From: an uncultured Nitrospinaceae bacterium
GTDB lineage: Bacteria > UBA8248
Assembly (NCBI GenBank): GCA_964005815.1
Contig: CAXFSR010000009.1
Coordinates: forward strand, 69,973 to 133,972
Length of the DNA stretch: 64,000 nt
Direction: 5' to 3'
A program made the translations under genes and the position numbers. The notes under the pieces are model-generated. The model did no database searches. It was not told the origin of the DNA and was given only the letters and a program-made list of their open reading frames with translations. This document shows positions 58,109-64,000 of the stretch, piece after piece (position 1 is the first letter of the stretch; every line of letters starts with the position of its first letter).

Positions 58109-58855
58109 ATGTTGGATTTAGCAGGAAAAATTGCATTTATTTCTGGAGCTGCTCAAGGAATTGGTTTGATATCTGCTAGAAAATTTATTTCTGAAGGTGC
58201 GAAGGTAATAGCAGTTGACCAACAGAAAGACAAATTGGATTTGTTATCTTCAGAAGGTGAAGGTTCGATTTTTTCCATTCAGGCTGATCTAGGTAATGAA
58301 AAAGAAATAGAGAATTCATTTAAGTCTGGATGTGAGTATTTTGGAGGACTAGATATTTTGTTGAATTGTGCAGTGCTTCGTTCAAATATGCCTCTCAAAG
58401 ATTTAGATGAAAAATCCATAGGCCCCGCCTTAGATGTTGGAATAAAAGGGAATATTCTGTGTAGCAAATTTTCAAGTGAATATATGAAAAAAAGAGGTGG
58501 GGGTGTGATTGTAAATATGTCTAGTTTCTACGCTCGAACACCTGCGAAAGAAAGAATAGTTTATGTGGCTGTTAAGAGCGCAACGGAGGGATTGACAAGA
58601 GCTCTAGCAGTAGAACTCGCTGAATATAATATTCGGGTTAATGCGATTGCTCCAGGGCCTATTCTTACAGATAGAAGAGTAGAACTTGGACACGGAAAAG
58701 ATGGAAAAATGGACAAAAGATATGAGAATTTGTTGATGAAACGTTTTGGAAATGTAGAAGAAATTATTGAGGTGATTCTTTTTCTAGTCACAGAAAAATC
58801 CTCATATATCACGGGTCAAACTATAGTGGTTGATGGGGGCATAACGATAGCATAG
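58109..58855 (+). CDS. Short-chain dehydrogenase/reductase
   Basis: SGAAQGIG, YVAVK, RVNAIAPG, YITGQTIVVDGG. Confidence 0.92.
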   Translation: MLDLAGKIAFISGAAQGIGLISARKFISEGAKVIAVDQQKDKLDLLSSEGEGSIFSIQADLGNEKEIENSFKSGCEYFGGLDILLNCAVLRSNMPLKDLDEKSIGPALDVGIKGNILCSKFSSEYMKKRGGGVIVNMSSFYARTPAKERIVYVAVKSATEGLTRALAVELAEYNIRVNAIAPGPILTDRRVELGHGKDGKMDKRYENLLMKRFGNVEEIIEVILFLVTEKSSYITGQTIVVDGGITIA

Positions 58856-58873
58856 TTTTTATGGAGGTGAATA

Positions 58874-59626
58874 TTGAATTTGTCTAACAAAGTGTCATTA
58901 GTGACAGGCGGAAATCGTGGGATTGGAAAATTTATATCTCTTTCTCTAGCCGAGGAAGGTTCTTCAGTCGCTGTTCACTATAATCAGGATAAAGAAGGTG
59001 CTGAGTCTGTAGTTAAAGAGATTAGAGAAAGAGGAGGTAAAGCAGAGGTATTTCAAGCGGACGTTAGTCAAAGAGAAAGTGTAGAAAAAATGGTTAAGAA
59101 TTGTAGCCAGTCATTAGGGCAAATAGATGTTCTTGTTAATAATGCCAGACAGTTGGTAAAGGGAAGAGAATTTATGGACTTGGAATGGAATAAAGATTAT
59201 CAACCACATATAGATGTCATGTTAAAAGGAACTTTTAATTGTTGTCAGGTTGTTTTGCCATCAATGATTGAGAGAAAGAATGGGCGGATAATTAATATGC
59301 TTAGTACAGTTATTGCTGAGTCAAGACCAAGAACGAATTCTTATGGGAGTATTAAATCTGCATTGTTCTTTTTCTCAAAAAATCTCGCAACAGAGATGGG
59401 TCCAAATGGAATAACAGTGAATATGGTTTCTCCTGGTTTGATTGCTACTGAGAGACAAATTCTTCATTCCTCAGGTTACCAAGAGGATTATATAAAAGAA
59501 ACTCCTATGGGAAGGCTTGGAATTCCTTCTGATATTACGGGGACTATTAATTTCCTTGCTAGTGATAATTCTTCTTTCGTGACTGGTGCAAATATTCCAG
59601 TTTCTGGTGGGAAGACAATTTTTTAG
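58874..59626 (+). CDS. Short-chain dehydrogenase/reductase (FabG-like)
   Basis: TGGNRGIG, VNNA, YGSIK, VNMVSPG, TPMGRLG. Confidence 0.92.
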   Translation: MNLSNKVSLVTGGNRGIGKFISLSLAEEGSSVAVHYNQDKEGAESVVKEIRERGGKAEVFQADVSQRESVEKMVKNCSQSLGQIDVLVNNARQLVKGREFMDLEWNKDYQPHIDVMLKGTFNCCQVVLPSMIERKNGRIINMLSTVIAESRPRTNSYGSIKSALFFFSKNLATEMGPNGITVNMVSPGLIATERQILHSSGYQEDYIKETPMGRLGIPSDITGTINFLASDNSSFVTGANIPVSGGKTIF

Positions 59627-59657
59627 ATAATTACAATTTTGTTTTGGAGGAATAAAA

Positions 59658-60800
59658 GTGAATTTTACAGAAAAAGAGGGCGTTAGAAGACACAAAAAAT
59701 TAAGAGAAAATATGGCAGAAGCAAATATTGATGTTCTGGTAGTTTATGGAAATAATGGAAGGATGGGAATTTATTCCGGTAATCTTGCGTATGTAAGTAA
59801 CTTTATTTCTTTTTCTGGCCAACAAGCACTAGTGTTTCCATTAGAAGGAGAGCCTGTGCTTTTTGTTGGTGTAGAAAATCAAAGAATTGAAGCAATTAGG
59901 AAAAGTTGGATTAAAGATACGCGTTGTGAAGCTATGACATCAGTAACTATGCAAGTATGTGATTATTTGAACGAAATAGGGGTAGAAGGGAAAAGAGTTG
60001 GGGTTTCCTCATTTTCAATTATGCCCGTTTCTTGGTACGAACAATTTCAACAGAACCTCTCGCCACAAGAATGGGTAGATGCAAGTGAAATGGTATGGAA
60101 AGAACGTTTAATTCAAAGTGATGAAGAAATTGCAATGTCAAAACATTCCGCTAAGCTTGGCGATGCAGCATGGAATCGTATCAGGGAATGTGCACAAGAA
60201 GGTATATCTGAACTAGAGATTCGTGCAGAAATGGACGCAGTCATGTTGCCAGGGGCAGGTACCGAAAATTTCAATATGATGGGTCTTGGAAGTATGGCGA
60301 ATGGAGGAGAAGCTCCATGGGGCTATGTTATTCCTCAAACTGACAGAAAAATGGAAAAAGGAGATGCTGTACTATTAGAGATTTCACCTAGAGTGAACGG
60401 TTACTGGAATCAGTTAGTGAGAGTTCTGTGTCTTGGTCAACCTGAGAGTTGGTTAACTGAGGCATATGACCTTGTTCGTCGCGCAAGAGATGCAACTTTG
60501 GAAGTGCTCGGACCAGATAAACCAATGATTGGATTGGTGGATGCTATGAATAAAGTATTTGCTGATAGCGGACGTGAAGTGTGGCCTTATGGTTTGGTCC
60601 ATTTGACAGGACTCGATTTGACTGATTATATGATTACACCAAAATCAACAGGGACATTAAAACCGAATCAGATAGTAACTGTTCATCCTATGTATCAACT
60701 AAGTCCAAATAGACAAATTTTCTGGGGTGAAAGTTATGTGATTACAGAAGATGGTTTTGAACCTATTAATACTAGTTCGGACAAACTAGAGGTTAAATAA
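59658..60800 (+). CDS. M24/creatinase-fold protein with altered metal ligands
   Basis: Creatinase-like N-domain, SDEEIA, GISELEI, GD.VLLE...NGYW.Q..R, H.TGLD, TVHP, GES..ITEDG. Confidence 0.8.
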   Translation: MNFTEKEGVRRHKKLRENMAEANIDVLVVYGNNGRMGIYSGNLAYVSNFISFSGQQALVFPLEGEPVLFVGVENQRIEAIRKSWIKDTRCEAMTSVTMQVCDYLNEIGVEGKRVGVSSFSIMPVSWYEQFQQNLSPQEWVDASEMVWKERLIQSDEEIAMSKHSAKLGDAAWNRIRECAQEGISELEIRAEMDAVMLPGAGTENFNMMGLGSMANGGEAPWGYVIPQTDRKMEKGDAVLLEISPRVNGYWNQLVRVLCLGQPESWLTEAYDLVRRARDATLEVLGPDKPMIGLVDAMNKVFADSGREVWPYGLVHLTGLDLTDYMITPKSTGTLKPNQIVTVHPMYQLSPNRQIFWGESYVITEDGFEPINTSSDKLEVK

Positions 60801-60844
60801 TTTTCTAAATTTGCTGCTAAATTTAATACTAGGGGGACAATGCA

Positions 60845-61465
60845 ATGATATATGAAATGAGAACATACACTCTACAACCAGGAATGGTACCGGAATTCCT
60901 TAGCCGATTTGAAAAGTGTTTAGAAGATAGATTGAAAATTTCTAAATTAACTGCTTTTTTTTATACTGAGTCTGGGGCAGGCGAGTTAAATCAAGTTATA
61001 CATATCTGGGAATATGAGGATGCAGATCATAGAATGGATATCCGTAAATCTTTAAATGATTTACCAAATTGGCCTCCTCCTGTAAGAGATCTTGTAGTTA
61101 AACAGGAAAGTAGATTAATGTCTCCCGCACCTTTTCCAGAGAAACCTCTTGAAGGAGAACTTGGAAATATTTATGAAATACGTACATACACATTTCAACC
61201 TGGAAAGATACCTCTTGTAATAGAAAGGTGGGATAAGATTATTCATGAAAGGATGAAAATATCTCCTCTCGCAGCATGTTGGTTTACGGAATTTGGCCCA
61301 TTAAATACTTGGACTCATGTATGGCCGTATAAGAGTTTTCAAGAACGTATAGATGTAAGAAAAGCACAAGCACAACTAGATGGATGGCCACCAGATACTA
61401 GAGAATTTATGTTGAGTCAGGAAAACCGTCTAGTCATTCCTGCTCCATTTTCTCCGATGCGTTAA
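60845..61465 (+). CDS. NIPSNAP family protein (two domains)
   Basis: IYEMRTY / IYEIRTY repeats, GELNQVIHIW, PAPFSP. Confidence 0.92.
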   Translation: MIYEMRTYTLQPGMVPEFLSRFEKCLEDRLKISKLTAFFYTESGAGELNQVIHIWEYEDADHRMDIRKSLNDLPNWPPPVRDLVVKQESRLMSPAPFPEKPLEGELGNIYEIRTYTFQPGKIPLVIERWDKIIHERMKISPLAACWFTEFGPLNTWTHVWPYKSFQERIDVRKAQAQLDGWPPDTREFMLSQENRLVIPAPFSPMR

Positions 61466-61523
61466 ATTGTATTTGCTTATTTTTATTTTTCTTATGAGAT
61501 AGATTTAATATTGGAGTTATTAG

Positions 61524-62228
61524 ATGAAAATTCAGAGATTTGCTCAGTCTACTTTTGTTATAGAAAATAATGATGGCAAACGTCTTCTCATTGATCCAGG
61601 GACTTCTGGTTATGCTGGATGCAGAAATATGACAGATTATGGAAAAGTAGATTTGATTATAATTACTCATAGTCATCAAGATCATTTTGATATTGAGGGA
61701 ACAAAGGAGTTAGTTGCTGCTCATAACCCTAAAATTCTTACAAACCCAGAGATACATACAATTTTGCAAGGAGAAACAGTTGGTTCAAGAGTGGTACATA
61801 TAGGAGATTCTATAGAGGAAGAGGGCTTTTCACTGACATTGACAAAAACAGATCATAATCCCGGTGGAAACTGGATTGTGAATTTTGGAGTTGTTGTAGA
61901 ATCTGATGAAAAAAGTGTTTATCACCCAAGTGATACACGTTTAATTCAGCCTCAGTTGTTACCTAAAGAAAAAGTTACTGAACCTGATGTTCTTTTTGTT
62001 CCTATAAGTAACCGTGGATTAGTAATGGGAATCGATGATGCATTATTTTTCACAAATGCGTTAGCTCCAAAAACCGTTGTGCCAATTCATTATGAAAGTG
62101 CTCATGATATTGGGAGAGTGCTACCTGAACATTTTGTAGATCGTTTGAATGTTTTAAAAGAGCATTTGACGACTCTTAATGATGTCGAAGTAAAGATCAT
62201 GAATTATGGAGAAGAGTTGGTTTTATAG
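61524..62228 (+). CDS. Metallo-beta-lactamase fold hydrolase (UPF0173-like)
   Basis: LIDPG, ITHSHQDH, DH, YHPSDT, VPIHY. Confidence 0.85.
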   Translation: MKIQRFAQSTFVIENNDGKRLLIDPGTSGYAGCRNMTDYGKVDLIIITHSHQDHFDIEGTKELVAAHNPKILTNPEIHTILQGETVGSRVVHIGDSIEEEGFSLTLTKTDHNPGGNWIVNFGVVVESDEKSVYHPSDTRLIQPQLLPKEKVTEPDVLFVPISNRGLVMGIDDALFFTNALAPKTVVPIHYESAHDIGRVLPEHFVDRLNVLKEHLTTLNDVEVKIMNYGEELVL

Positions 62229-62272
62229 AATTTTTCTTTCTTCTAATCTTTTTTTCATTTTCAAAATCTTTT

Positions 62273-62299
62273 CACACCTTCTCATTCAGAGAAGGTGTG
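62273..62299. terminator. Stem-loop, possible terminator, upstream of the peptide-binding protein gene
   Basis: 11-bp perfect stem CACACCTTCTC/GAGAAGGTGTG with only a weak U-tract. Directly followed by TTGACT-N17-TAAAGT, a possible sigma70 promoter. Confidence 0.5.
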
Positions 62300-62456
62300 T
62301 TGACTTCTATGAGTCCACAGATTAAAGTAATAAAAATATAACCTATAGAAAAGATTCTTTTCAAGAACATTTTGCGGGATTAGTGTTCTTAATTTAGATT
62401 TTATATTGAGTTTCTTAAGCTATTAATTCTGTTTTTTCAAAATAGAGGAGGTAGGT

Positions 62457-63980
62457 ATGAAACGTTTTTGGTTATTTGCATTTGTCTTGATGGGTACTCT
62501 GATTTTCTCAACACATGCAATTTCAGCTCCAAAAGGAAAGGCTATTTTCGGATTTGCTGGCAGTGTAAAAACATTTGATCCACACAGAATCACTGGTTTT
62601 TCTAATAGTAGTCACTATCCAATGGTTTTTGATAATCTGATTTTTAGAACGAAAGACGGAAGGCTTGTTCCAAAACTCGCGAAATCATATCGACAAATAA
62701 ACTCCAATTTATGGGAATTTAAGTTACAAAAAGGAGTTAAGTTTTCTAACGGTGAGGATATGGATGCGCATGCAGTTAAATTTAGTTTAGAACGTATAGT
62801 GAATCCTAAATTGAAAAGTAGACAAATAAGTTACTTTAGAAATATTAAAAAAGTAGAAGTAGTAGATAAATATACTGCTAGAGTGCATCTTAAAAAGAGA
62901 GATATGTTTTTTCTTCCACCTTTAAGTCAGTATGGACAGATTGTTCCTCCAAAATACTACTCTGGTAAAAGTAAAAAACATCTTGCAAGAAATCCAGTGG
63001 GAAGCGGTCCTTACATTCTTAAAAAGTGGAAAGGGAAATATCAGTTTCATTATGAAGCCGTTTCTAATTATTGGGATAAAAGATATCTTCCACAAATCAA
63101 GACTGTGATCGTGAATATTATTCCTGAACCAACTACTCGCATGGCAGCTCTAGTAGCTGGTGATGTTGATTTTGCAGATTCTGTTTCTCCTCAGTTAATA
63201 ACGATGGCAAAAGCGAATCCAAAAATTCAGGTGGTCGCTGTACCCTCATCTAGGACTTGTTACTTGTATCCAATAATCAAAAAGGGCTCTCCTTGGGCAA
63301 ATGTTAAAGTTAGACAAGCAGTCAATTATGCTTTAGATAAAGATGCTTTGGTCAACACGGTTTTAGAAGGATATGGAAGAGTAATCCCAACGAACGTGGG
63401 GCCGGATAGTTATGGTTATAATCCAGCATTAAAACCTTATCCTTATAATCCTGCTAAAGCGAAAAAACTTCTTTCTGAAGCTGGTTATGGGAAGGGTATT
63501 TCTACTGAAATATGGATGCCGTTAGGAAGGTATTTGAAAGGAAAAGCAGTTGCGGAAGCTATGGTAAATATGCTTTCAAAAGTCGGGATCAAGGCAAAGT
63601 TGAAAGTTGCTGAATGGGGTGTTGTTAAAAAAAGAATGAAAGCACGCTGGAAACCTAAAGTAAAATCTTTCCTTAGAATGGGATGCAGAATGGATTCTAA
63701 TCTACATTCTGAACATATGTATGCAGGAACGATACATAGTCGTTCAACATGGGGAGGATTCAGAGAAAAATGGATGGACAATCTAATAGATGATGCAAGG
63801 GCAACAGTTGACGATGCGAAACGTTTAAAAAAATATCAAGAAGTGAATAGGGTGATTCACGAGAAGGCTATAATGGGATTTTTGTATCAGCAACATCAAG
63901 TTGTCGCTAAGAACAAAAGATTAAATTACACACCAAGAACAAATGGATTTGTTATTCCAGCAGAGCTAAGTTTGAAATAA
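62457..63980 (+). CDS. ABC transporter substrate-binding protein, family 5 (DppA/OppA-like)
   Basis: Signal peptide, TFDPH, F.L..GVKF.NG, PVGSGPY, KVRQAVNYALD, YPYNPAKAKKLL.EAG. Confidence 0.92.
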   Translation: MKRFWLFAFVLMGTLIFSTHAISAPKGKAIFGFAGSVKTFDPHRITGFSNSSHYPMVFDNLIFRTKDGRLVPKLAKSYRQINSNLWEFKLQKGVKFSNGEDMDAHAVKFSLERIVNPKLKSRQISYFRNIKKVEVVDKYTARVHLKKRDMFFLPPLSQYGQIVPPKYYSGKSKKHLARNPVGSGPYILKKWKGKYQFHYEAVSNYWDKRYLPQIKTVIVNIIPEPTTRMAALVAGDVDFADSVSPQLITMAKANPKIQVVAVPSSRTCYLYPIIKKGSPWANVKVRQAVNYALDKDALVNTVLEGYGRVIPTNVGPDSYGYNPALKPYPYNPAKAKKLLSEAGYGKGISTEIWMPLGRYLKGKAVAEAMVNMLSKVGIKAKLKVAEWGVVKKRMKARWKPKVKSFLRMGCRMDSNLHSEHMYAGTIHSRSTWGGFREKWMDNLIDDARATVDDAKRLKKYQEVNRVIHEKAIMGFLYQQHQVVAKNKRLNYTPRTNGFVIPAELSLK

Positions 63981-64000
63981 TTTCAAAATTTGGCCGAATA

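Noticed and set aside
663..63781. Numerous short antisense or alternate-frame ORFs in the track (e.g. 663-995, 12316-12693, 14077-14523, 39054-39497, 48202-48723)
   Set aside because: They lie within or largely overlap well-supported genes and show no motifs or RBS; they are shadow ORFs.
1..64000. CRISPR array, tandem repeats, rRNA or riboswitch
   Set aside because: No regularly spaced repeats or recognisable conserved RNA motifs were seen by eye. The inverted repeats found are single terminator-like hairpins. An Rfam scan would be needed to exclude riboswitches fully.

Overview
AT-rich, gene-dense bacterial chromosomal window with about 55 CDSs and one tRNA-Leu(TAA). It is dominated by small-molecule catabolic enzymes: amidohydrolases, cupins, luciferase-like monooxygenases, acyl-CoA dehydrogenases, a CoA-transferase, two UbiD decarboxylases, M20/M24 hydrolases, SDRs, and ABC and TRAP-TAXI transporters. 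I found no mobile elements, CRISPR array or recognisable transcription regulator. The main hidden signal is UGA recoding: three genes split or truncated in the ORF track are best read as selenoproteins. They are an AhpD/CMD-like CxxU protein (10346-10945), GrdA (34364-34816) and GrdB (36153-37469). The grdC-grdA-grdE-grdB cluster is atypical. It has no grdD/trxA/trxB beside it, the pyruvoyl-precursor Cys of GrdE is replaced by Tyr, and the GrdB UxxCxxC motif has become UxxGxxS. It is flanked by a divergent 1-Cys peroxiredoxin and a downstream CoA-transferase, which suggests a glycine-reductase-like selenoenzyme with a different substrate or product. Several other enzymes also show non-canonical active-site residues. 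All family calls come from motif recognition by eye, not from database searches.
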